Shown here: positions 56,421-64,000 of the stretch, piece by piece | How positions within the stretch are numbered: the first letter of the stretch is position 1 | Layout: each line of letters starts with the position of its first letter | Source: a virus | Direction: 5' to 3' (one strand) | DNA length: 64,000 nucleotides | Virus record (IMG/VR): IMGVR_UViG_3300010883_000001 | Span: 32,001 to 96,000 of that record | The notes under the pieces: model-generated | The model's database searches: none | Seen by the model: the letters and a program-made list of their open reading frames with translations, nothing else | Told to the model about the DNA's origin: nothing | Made by a program: the position numbers and the translations under genes

Positions 56421-57412
56421 AAAAATCAGTATTAATTACTGGAGGTTGTGGCTTTATAGGGGGCAATCTTGTAAAAGCACTATACAATAAGGGATGGGTT
56501 GTTGATGTTGTTGATCACAGTGTAGAGATAGATCCGGATATATTTTCCCATGATGGAAAAAATGTGACGAGAATTTGTCCGGCTGCGTTAATGCCAGCGT
56601 TACAAAAAAGGGATAGAGAAGACAAAATATTAGTAATAACGTCTGATTTTACTGACGAAAATATTTTGAAGAAAATTTCTAATAAAAAATATGATATAGT
56701 TTTTCATATGGCCGCTGAACCCCGAGTGGGGTTTAGTGTTAAAGATCCTGTCTTTACAACTGAAGAGAACTTGTTTAAGACAGTTGTGTTGTTTAAGGCC
56801 TGTGCTGATGCTGGTACAAAGGTTGTATTTTCCTCCTCATCAGCAGTTTACGGAAATGCTGATCAACTACCCACCAGCGAAGATTGCAAAAAGAAACCAG
56901 CATCCCCATATGCATTGCAGAAGTTACATGCGGAGGATTACGCAAGGTTATTTAGCGACTTGTATGACTTAGATGTTGTATGTCTGAGGTATTTTAACGT
57001 ATTTGGCCCCGGGGCTCTAGGCAGTTCTCCTTACGCAACGGCAGTTGCTGCATGGTGCCAGGCAATATATGATGGAAACACATTACGAAGTGATGGTGAC
57101 GGAGAGCAAACGCGGGATCTTGTTTATGTGGATGATATTGTAAGAATTAATATTGCCCTAGGGAAAAGTGCTAAAAACTTTAAAGGCGATTGTTATAATG
57201 TTTGTACCGGTAAGTCATATAGCAATAATTACGTATTATCTAGGTTTAGGGAAAAATTTTCTAATTTAGAGATCGTTTCTGCTCCTGCTCGTATTGGAGA
57301 CGTTAAACATACTTTAGGTGATACCAGTAAGGCAACAAATGATCTTGGATTTGAGGTTGTACATGATTTCGATGATGCTTTAAAGGCAACATGGGCATGG
57401 TGGGGATTTTAG
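56417..57412 (+). CDS. NAD-dependent NDP-sugar epimerase (GalE/WbpP-like extended SDR)
   Basis: TGGCGFIG, FHMAA, SSSSAVYG, SPYALQK, LRYFNVFGP, GDGEQTRD..YVDD, R.GDVKHT.GD. Confidence 0.9.
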   Translation: MKKSVLITGGCGFIGGNLVKALYNKGWVVDVVDHSVEIDPDIFSHDGKNVTRICPAALMPALQKRDREDKILVITSDFTDENILKKISNKKYDIVFHMAAEPRVGFSVKDPVFTTEENLFKTVVLFKACADAGTKVVFSSSSAVYGNADQLPTSEDCKKKPASPYALQKLHAEDYARLFSDLYDLDVVCLRYFNVFGPGALGSSPYATAVAAWCQAIYDGNTLRSDGDGEQTRDLVYVDDIVRINIALGKSAKNFKGDCYNVCTGKSYSNNYVLSRFREKFSNLEIVSAPARIGDVKHTLGDTSKATNDLGFEVVHDFDDALKATWAWWGF

Positions 57413-57422
57413 GGGAAAAAAA

Positions 57423-58412
57423 TTGCATATTGTCTCTCATTCGTTTAACGACTGCTATAATCAGTTGGCGAAATATTTGTTAACAAGCGGGGAATATGAT
57501 GTATCCCCTAGAGGCCAGAGGGTTAGAGAATCTTTATGCGTAAGTTTTAAGATTGAAAACCCTAGGGATAGACTAATCTATAATCCGGCGAGAAAATTTT
57601 CTTTCACATATGTTATAGCGGAGATGCTTTGGTATATTTCTGGAAATAATAAAACGTCGTGGATATCTCATTATTCTAAATTTTGGAATAAAATATCTGA
57701 TGATGGTAAGACGGCCAACTCTGCATATGGTGCTAGGATATTTGAGAAAAATGAAAGAATCGCAGGATCCCAATTTATTCAGTGGGATTTTATAAAGGAG
57801 GAGTTAAGAAAAGATCCGGATTCTAGAAGGGCAATAATTCATATCCGCGTTCCGGAGGATTCTATAAAGGCAAAGCTTGATGTCCCCTGTACAATATCAA
57901 TACAATACTTTATAAGATCTGAAAAATTACATTGCATAGTCAATATGAGATCTTCTGACTTAATTTTAGGGATAAGCTACGATATTCCTGCGTTCACATT
58001 TATGCAGGAGATGATGGCAAATGAATTGGGGGTTGATGTAGGCTCTTATATGCATGTCAGTAATTCATTGCATGTATACGAGAGACATTTTGATATGCTA
58101 GAAAAGATAGCATCAACAGAAAATATTAATAAGTCTTATTCATTAAGTTCAGGAGCTAGAAAACTTAAATTACCACAGGGTGATCTACCCATATATAGTT
58201 TAATGCAGTTTGAGGACGCTATGCGAAAAACCACCCATAATAAAACCGCATTAGATTTATTAGATTCATCGATTTGTTTATTCGATGATTATTGGAATGA
58301 TTGGCTACGAGCGCTAGCAGCGCATAGGGTTCTTAAAAATGGTGATAAACATCTTCACGATAATATATTATATAGGTGTGATCGCTTGAGGGGGTGTTAT
58401 GAGAGATCCTGA
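57423..58412 (+). CDS. Thymidylate-synthase-fold enzyme with cytosine-type Asp (probable dCMP hydroxymethylase/hydroxylase/methylase)
   Basis: YGAR, D.DSRRA, PC (C156), MRSSD...GISYD (D187 at the position of TS Asn177 / T4 gp42 Asp179), SLHVY. Confidence 0.8.
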   Translation: MHIVSHSFNDCYNQLAKYLLTSGEYDVSPRGQRVRESLCVSFKIENPRDRLIYNPARKFSFTYVIAEMLWYISGNNKTSWISHYSKFWNKISDDGKTANSAYGARIFEKNERIAGSQFIQWDFIKEELRKDPDSRRAIIHIRVPEDSIKAKLDVPCTISIQYFIRSEKLHCIVNMRSSDLILGISYDIPAFTFMQEMMANELGVDVGSYMHVSNSLHVYERHFDMLEKIASTENINKSYSLSSGARKLKLPQGDLPIYSLMQFEDAMRKTTHNKTALDLLDSSICLFDDYWNDWLRALAAHRVLKNGDKHLHDNILYRCDRLRGCYERS

Positions 58413-58992
58413 GTTTATAATTTTTACTGGACCAATGTTCGGTTCAAAAACTACTAGAATGCTAGCATGTGTAGACAGGTATAGATACCAGCATAAACTT
58501 ATTGCAGTATTTAAACCAAAGATAGATGATAGATACGAGACTGATAAAATTAAAACACATTCAGGTTTGTCTATACAGGCGCACTGCGTCGAGTCAGGTT
58601 ACGAGATTGCTGATATTATAACTAAAATTGAGCTAGCGTCACTTAAGAGAGTTGACGTGATTGCCGTTGATGAAGCTTTTATGATTGAAGGATGCTCGTC
58701 GACGCTAATTCAATTGTTTAAAACAGGATACACAATCGTAATTGCGTCGATACAATTATCGGCCACCGGCGAGCCATTTAATGAAATTAAAGATATTCTG
58801 CCATGGGGGACAAGAGTTGAGGTTTGTCCAGCAGTATGTTCTAGGACTGGCGAAGATGCATATTATACATTTAGAAAAGTTGAATGTTTGGATAGCATTA
58901 TGATTGGAGGTTCTGATATGTATGAGGCCAGGTGTTGGTCAAGTCATCCTGGACTGAATTCCTTGGAGAAATTAAATGATAGAGCCATCTAG
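58399..58992 (+). CDS. tdk: Thymidine kinase
   Basis: TGPMFGSKT, FKP.ID.RY, THSG, VDEAF, IGG..MYEARC. Confidence 0.88.
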   Translation: MRDPEFIIFTGPMFGSKTTRMLACVDRYRYQHKLIAVFKPKIDDRYETDKIKTHSGLSIQAHCVESGYEIADIITKIELASLKRVDVIAVDEAFMIEGCSSTLIQLFKTGYTIVIASIQLSATGEPFNEIKDILPWGTRVEVCPAVCSRTGEDAYYTFRKVECLDSIMIGGSDMYEARCWSSHPGLNSLEKLNDRAI

Positions 58993-59830
58993 CGTTGATT
59001 GCGTAATATATCATGCTGACTGTACTGACGGCTTTGGGGCAGCCTACGCAGCATGGAAACTTTTAGGAAACAAGGCAGATTATTATGCGTGTAAGCATGG
59101 CTCAGTCCCACCAGATGTATCGGGTAAAAGAGTTGTAATTCTAGATTTTTCTTTTAATAATGAGATTACAAAAGCAATGATTGACACAGCGGATGGTTTG
59201 ATAGTCATTGATCATCATAAGTCGGCCATGGTAGAATTGCATGATATTACGGATGCTATATTCAATATGAGTAAATCTGGAGCCATGCTAGCATGGGAAT
59301 TTTTTCATCCGGGAAAAGAGCCACCAAAGTTTATTTCGTACATAGAGGATCGTGATCTGTGGAAGTGGGAGTTACCATATTCAAAAGAGTTCGCTGCAGC
59401 TTTTGATATGGTTCCTTTCGAGTTTGAAGAGTTTGAGAAGTTTGAAGATGACTCTGTTTTTGATGATGCTGTAAAACGAGGAAGTTACATACTGGCGTAT
59501 TCAAAAACGGTAGTTAAAAAAGTCTCTGAGAAGGCATCACCAAGAAGATTAAACGGAAAGAGCATATTGGTCGTAAATGCTTCACATTGGATGTCGGAAA
59601 TAGGCGCCAGGCTTTCTCCCGATTGTGATGTTGCAATGATCTGGTATTATGATCATATTGATAAAATGATAAAGGTTAGCTTAAGATCTTTTCATGACAC
59701 CGTTGATGTCTCCGAGGTCGCAAAGAAATTTGGCGGAGGTGGGCATAAAAAGGCTGCTGGTTTTATACTTCCTGGAGATGCTGTCGTGGATGATATTTTT
59801 GACGATGAGGTTAAGAATGAAGAAGTTTAG
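58976..59830 (+). CDS. DHH/DHHA1 phosphoesterase
   Basis: YH.DC.DG, LDFS, IDHH, D.DLW, SLRS, GGGGH..AAG. Confidence 0.88.
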   Translation: MIEPSSVDCVIYHADCTDGFGAAYAAWKLLGNKADYYACKHGSVPPDVSGKRVVILDFSFNNEITKAMIDTADGLIVIDHHKSAMVELHDITDAIFNMSKSGAMLAWEFFHPGKEPPKFISYIEDRDLWKWELPYSKEFAAAFDMVPFEFEEFEKFEDDSVFDDAVKRGSYILAYSKTVVKKVSEKASPRRLNGKSILVVNASHWMSEIGARLSPDCDVAMIWYYDHIDKMIKVSLRSFHDTVDVSEVAKKFGGGGHKKAAGFILPGDAVVDDIFDDEVKNEEV

Positions 59831-60239
59831 GCCTGGATGGGATGCGATTTGGCTTAAGTTTGCGCATCTAATATCTGAGAGAAGTTATGATGATCGGTAC
59901 AAGGTAGGTGCCATTGTAGTTTCGATCGACAATACACAGGTTCTTGCAGTGGGATATAATGGAAATTATTCTGGTGGTCCAAATGAAGCAGACTCAGCTG
60001 AACCAGGCAAATCAGGATTTATTCATGCTGAGATTAATGCATTACTTAAGTGCGACTATAATTATCACAAAGTTAAAAAACTATATGTTACACTATCACC
60101 GTGCATGATGTGTGCTAAGGCCATTATTAATGCCGGAATCTCAGAGGTGATTTATGATGATGAGTATAGAGATACGGCCGGAATTCAGCTTATGAAGGAT
60201 ACAGGAATTGTCGTTAGGAGAGTAAACAATTATTCTTGA
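59817..60239 (+). CDS. dCMP deaminase
   Basis: VGA.VV, GYNG, HAEINA, TLSPC..CAKAIINAGI. Likely start is ATG 59817 (GAGG SD) rather than 59694. Confidence 0.9.
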   Translation: MKKFRPGWDAIWLKFAHLISERSYDDRYKVGAIVVSIDNTQVLAVGYNGNYSGGPNEADSAEPGKSGFIHAEINALLKCDYNYHKVKKLYVTLSPCMMCAKAIINAGISEVIYDDEYRDTAGIQLMKDTGIVVRRVNNYS

Positions 60240-60342
60240 CATACTTCTGAATCAGTTTTTACTATAAAAAAATAATTTCTATATTTTCTTTTAGTCCTCC
60301 TGTGAAATAAGTATAAATAGCCCAGTATTTTATGGATGTTTT

Positions 60343-62646
60343 ATGAGTAGTATAAAAAACGGTTTATTTAGAGAGTTTGATTTAGAGTATATCATCGAGA
60401 CTAGCCTAAAGTTACGTAGGCTAAGTGATAGCTCAATTATTCTCGAGAACGCGCTAGCCAACAACGATATTAGTGCATTGTTAATGGAGGAGCTAGAAAG
60501 TAAAGACATAGAAAAGCTGAGAAAAACTACTAAGGAAACAAAAAAGGCAGTTGAGCAGATACAGGCTGCCATAGGTGATAAATTACCTAGCCTTAAAGAT
60601 CCACTAGATAGTCTACACGATGCAATAACTGATTCCCTAAAGTTCGTATCAGAGCTTGATTTAGAAAATCCTGAAGGTATGATGGCAAATATTGGGAGAT
60701 TTTTTGGATCTAAGGTTGATATTGCATCTTCATTTCAAGCAGTTTTACAAATACAGACAAAAACAAAACAGATAGCAGATTCTTTAGAGCAAGCAATTCC
60801 TTTAATATTGAAAAATATTGAAGACCTTATTGATGAGACTCAGCAGGATGTTCCTTTAAGTGAGTTAGCTGGAACAGGTGATATTCCGGATGCTAATAAA
60901 ATTAAAGGAGGTGTTCAAAAGGCGTTTAAGGCCGGCGGCGGCGGGTTCTTGGGGAAACTTACCGGGTTTTTGAGAAAAGCAGCAGGTAAATCAAAGCTCT
61001 TAGCCGGTGTAGTTGATCCGGATTTCGATGAGGTCGCTGATGATTTCATGTTACTTTCAATTATACAAATGAAAGAGTTAGAAACGGCCTTAGGTACAGC
61101 TGCAGATGTTGAGATGTTAGATAAGGCTACAACTGAAGATCTTGCCAAGGCAGAGCCTGAAGATTACCAAGCCGTAGCCGCTGATCAAAGCGGATCCGGC
61201 GCAGCACCTGAAAATCCTGATAAGGCTGAGCCTAGACCTGATTTTACGCTTGAAGACTTAATGGCACTATTACAAAAAATGAACCCGCCAGCAGCCAAGG
61301 AGCTGGAGGCGATGCCTGAAGAAGAGCAGGAGGCCGTCGCGGCAGATGACGTAGAGGAGATAGTTGCGGGTGAGGTCAGCCCGGAGGATGCTGCAGAAGA
61401 GGTGTCCGAAGAGGCTGAAGAAGCTGCAGATGCACCAAAGTGGTCAGAGATAGCTAATTCGTTCTTAGATGATCTTAAGTCTAAAGGATTATCCGACAAA
61501 GGCGAAGAGTTTATTAAGAGTTATATGACCGACATTATAAACCAACCTGATTTTGAAGAGGCCGTAGGTGCGTCCCTTAAGTTGAAAGAGTCATTATTTA
61601 TAGGCAGTATTTCTTCATTTTTATTTGAAGAAATAGAATATAAAGATTTAGAAAAGGCATCAAAGGACTCAGCTGAATTTTCATCAGATGAGCAGGCTGC
61701 AGCTGTTACTTCACATCTAGCCACCATGATGTCTGATGCCGGCGTAGCAGTTGCCGGCGACCCTGGTGTAGAATTAACTGATGATATCATTGCAGGAATT
61801 GGCATTGCCGAAGAAGAGATTCCAAAACCAGAAGTAGGCGAAATTTATAATTTCACTACAGGGAAAAACAAAAAGACTTTTGTAAAGATCAACAGCGAAC
61901 CAGATGGAGAATGGGTAAGTGCATCTACAGCTGATGGGAAAGGCTCTTTCAAAAAAGCAAAATTTAATGTAAAGATTACGAGACTTGGCGAAAAGACAAC
62001 CGCTGAAGAAGCGGGGATTAGTGAAAAAGAAGGAGGGGAAGACATGCCAGAAGATCCAGAAGTTGAAAGCTCACCAGAAGAAGAGATTAAAGCGGCGCCT
62101 CAGGATGTACCTCCGGGCGTAGCAATTGGCACGGCATTAGAAGATTGGGAACAGTCACTATCTAAGAGTAGCCAAGAGACCATTAACAGAAAAAATAGGT
62201 TTCAAGCATTAAAAGACGTTATTAACTCCAGTTTAGAGGGAGCAGCACAACGTACTGCCAAGCATGTTAAGACGGCTATTAAAAAGTGGCGTGCTGAACA
62301 TGAGGAGACGCTAATAACATCAAAGAGATTTGCGAAGAAGAATTTTGATACACTATCAGAATTAATTCCCCAGCTGGTCGCAGTGATAATGGCAAAAAAG
62401 ACAGAATCTGCAGGAAATCTAATGACTATAGGAAGCATCCATAGAACAGTTTATAAACATCTGAATAAGAGATTTTATGGAACGAGATATTTATTATCGG
62501 AGATATTGGTTTCTAACGATGCCAGATCTAGCAGTATCAAATCTAATGATGTTAGTAGTACTCGACCTACCGGTAATTTTGATCTTACAAATTCAGATAG
62601 TGATGATTCTACCATGGCTAGGTGGAGAGAATTAGCCGGATTATGA
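60343..62646 (+). CDS. Acidic, probably head-associated/internal virion protein
   Basis: 767 aa, E/D/A-rich. C-terminal RWRELAGL motif. Confidence 0.55.
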   Translation: MSSIKNGLFREFDLEYIIETSLKLRRLSDSSIILENALANNDISALLMEELESKDIEKLRKTTKETKKAVEQIQAAIGDKLPSLKDPLDSLHDAITDSLKFVSELDLENPEGMMANIGRFFGSKVDIASSFQAVLQIQTKTKQIADSLEQAIPLILKNIEDLIDETQQDVPLSELAGTGDIPDANKIKGGVQKAFKAGGGGFLGKLTGFLRKAAGKSKLLAGVVDPDFDEVADDFMLLSIIQMKELETALGTAADVEMLDKATTEDLAKAEPEDYQAVAADQSGSGAAPENPDKAEPRPDFTLEDLMALLQKMNPPAAKELEAMPEEEQEAVAADDVEEIVAGEVSPEDAAEEVSEEAEEAADAPKWSEIANSFLDDLKSKGLSDKGEEFIKSYMTDIINQPDFEEAVGASLKLKESLFIGSISSFLFEEIEYKDLEKASKDSAEFSSDEQAAAVTSHLATMMSDAGVAVAGDPGVELTDDIIAGIGIAEEEIPKPEVGEIYNFTTGKNKKTFVKINSEPDGEWVSASTADGKGSFKKAKFNVKITRLGEKTTAEEAGISEKEGGEDMPEDPEVESSPEEEIKAAPQDVPPGVAIGTALEDWEQSLSKSSQETINRKNRFQALKDVINSSLEGAAQRTAKHVKTAIKKWRAEHEETLITSKRFAKKNFDTLSELIPQLVAVIMAKKTESAGNLMTIGSIHRTVYKHLNKRFYGTRYLLSEILVSNDARSSSIKSNDVSSTRPTGNFDLTNSDSDDSTMARWRELAGL

Positions 62647-62656
62647 GGTATAATAA

Positions 62657-62998
62657 ATGAAAATCTCAGAGATAGATCTTACTAGAAAAAACAAGGTAAT
62701 TCTGCGTAAAGGATTAAAGATCGTACATTCACCTACCGGGTTGGAATATACTGTACTTGATGTATTTAAAGATTCATCAGGAAAAGTAAAAATTAAGCTA
62801 GCTCCCCCAGAACAACCTAGGGTAGAGCCGATCACATCTACTACGGTGATGCAAGAAGTTGAGCTAGTAAATAATACCCAAGACGATCAGACAATACACA
62901 CCACGCCTGAAGATACTGCCGAAGAAGTCATAGATCTGGAGGACGAGGACGTCCTTGTTTTAGATCAAGGAGAATTGAAAGATTATGAGGTTAGATAA
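62657..62998 (+). CDS. Hypothetical protein
   Basis: 113 aa. GLKIVH..TGLEYTV. GAGG SD. Confidence 0.6.
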   Translation: MKISEIDLTRKNKVILRKGLKIVHSPTGLEYTVLDVFKDSSGKVKIKLAPPEQPRVEPITSTTVMQEVELVNNTQDDQTIHTTPEDTAEEVIDLEDEDVLVLDQGELKDYEVR

Positions 62999-63690
62999 TG
63001 TCTGATGTTATAAAAAGAGAAGTTGTCGCAGCGATAAGGGCCGTTATTAATAAAGACGATGACGTAAGTCAAGTCTCTGAGTCATATGTAGTTCAACCTA
63101 GGAAATATGCTTTATCAACAGAGAAGATTGGCGAAAAAACAAAGGGTATGATGATAAAGAGATTTGAGGAAGCTGTTGCAAACCTAAACACAGTTTCAGC
63201 GAAGCTTGACACAGCTAATAAAGAAGCTGCTGGAGAGTTTCACTCTGATTTTCGCTCATTAAAATTTGATGAGTCATCGTTACTATCTAGATCTTTTTTG
63301 ACAGCTATGACCCTGGAGAACATAAGCGACTTAGATTCTAAAATAACGATGGATTCTCTTCCTTTTTTACGTTTAGATAGGGATTTTCAATCTTTTGACA
63401 ATTGGCAAAGAGATTTTATTGCGTGTGGGAAATGTATAACGGATGGGTTTGTTGCATGCGGATTAAACGTTTATTTAAAGAAATACACAAACATAATCTG
63501 CGCCGGCCCAACATTCTCAGTTCCAGTTGGGTTTATGCCTATACTGGTTTTGGCAATTGATCCAATAGTAATATCAAGAAATTTTTCTGCAGATAATTCG
63601 CAGTTTATTGCATCAATGATGAAAGAGATAGATTGGGATAAGGTCTCTGATAGAATTAAGAAGTCAGAAAAGTTTTTAAAGATTTTGTGA
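62998..63690 (+). CDS. Fe/Mn superoxide dismutase-fold protein lacking metal ligands
   Basis: RLDRDFQSFDNWQRDF.A, G.V, PILVL...., F....M..IDW..V..R match the SOD C-domain layout. The DxWEHAY motif is replaced by AIDPIVI. Confidence 0.6.
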   Translation: MSDVIKREVVAAIRAVINKDDDVSQVSESYVVQPRKYALSTEKIGEKTKGMMIKRFEEAVANLNTVSAKLDTANKEAAGEFHSDFRSLKFDESSLLSRSFLTAMTLENISDLDSKITMDSLPFLRLDRDFQSFDNWQRDFIACGKCITDGFVACGLNVYLKKYTNIICAGPTFSVPVGFMPILVLAIDPIVISRNFSADNSQFIASMMKEIDWDKVSDRIKKSEKFLKIL

Positions 63691-63697
63691 GGAAACA

Positions 63698-64000
63698 ATG
63701 ATAAACATACAGTTCTTGAATTCTGTTAGGAATTTAATTAGAGAAGGATTATTGGGCAATGGTTCTCGTGATTTATTTCAAATTACTAGATTAATATCAG
63801 AGATTAAAGAAGGATCTTTGGGAGAACATTATATTTTAGAAGAGGCAAGTAATGACGTCTTAGCCATGCTTAAGGGTGCATCTTCAAACAGTAATATGAT
63901 TATCGTTTTAGAGGGTGAAGAAGAAGATATTTTTGGCGGCGGTGATGACGAAGAAGACGCTGGCGAAGAAGACGCTGACGAAGAAGACGCTGACGAAGAA
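63698..64000 (+). CDS. Hypothetical acidic protein (3'-truncated)
   Basis: ATG 63698 with GAGGA SD. Frame is open to the window end (MINIQFLNSVRNLIREG...DEEDAGEEDADEEDADEE). Confidence 0.65.
   Translation, partial: MINIQFLNSVRNLIREGLLGNGSRDLFQITRLISEIKEGSLGEHYILEEASNDVLAMLKGASSNSNMIIVLEGEEEDIFGGGDDEEDAGEEDADEEDADEE
63947..64000 (+). repeat. 15-bp tandem repeat G(A/G)CGAAGAAGACGCT (DEEDA)
   Basis: Three full copies plus one partial copy running off the window. Confidence 0.9.

Noticed and set aside
48494-57412. Host LPS/capsule island captured by the phage
   Set aside because: No flippase, polymerase or typical surface GTs. The sugar genes are interleaved and overlap-coupled with DnaE, kinase and the TS homologue. 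Not fully excluded.
57423-58412. Ordinary thymidylate synthase (thyA)
   Set aside because: It has Asp at the dUMP-specifying Asn position and sits in a modification-gene context.
59694-59816. N-terminal extension of dCMP deaminase
   Set aside because: It overlaps the DHH gene. ATG 59817 has an SD and gives the normal family length.
60312-60319. Exact T4 late promoter TATAAATA
   Set aside because: Seen in only this one intergenic region, in very AT-rich DNA. Other structural genes use ATANTTA instead.
226-63698. Numerous minus-strand ORFs (e.g. 42985..43731, 10089..10694, 24351..24761)
   Set aside because: They are antisense shadows of well-supported + strand genes, with no recognisable motifs.
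1-64000. Stop-codon reassignment (common in some jumbo phages)
   Set aside because: Conserved proteins are full-length in the standard code, and TAA, TAG and TGA all terminate genes at expected ends.

Overview
A 64-kb segment of a large (jumbo-type) myovirus-like phage genome. Essentially all genes are on the + strand, densely packed and read in the standard code. Order: (i) contractile tail module (tail completion, two tandem ~1050-aa sheath paralogues, tube, chaperone with a probable programmed frameshift, 1838-aa tape measure, baseplate tube-like/LysM/hub proteins); (ii) replication module (polymerase-only PolA, HD protein, gp32-like SSB, RecA, 5'-3' exonuclease, DnaB, class II RNR) plus IscU and ClpP; (iii) large Ser/Gly/Thr-rich virion fibre-like proteins with shared modules and repeat-containing leaders; (iv) a ~13-kb tightly overlapping operon; (v) acidic head-associated proteins and a SOD-fold protein that has lost its metal ligands. 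The operon embeds DnaE among a dCTPase/dUTPase-like protein, UDP-xylose synthase, FAD oxidoreductase, SDR, dNMP kinase, a T4 beta-glucosyltransferase-like GT-B enzyme, an NDP-sugar epimerase and a thymidylate-synthase homologue carrying the cytosine-specifying Asp. It is the best candidate for a new system: DNA cytosine hypermodification with a UDP-glucuronate-derived pentose. No tRNA, rRNA, CRISPR or mobile element was recognised. All calls come from motif recognition by eye, not database searches.
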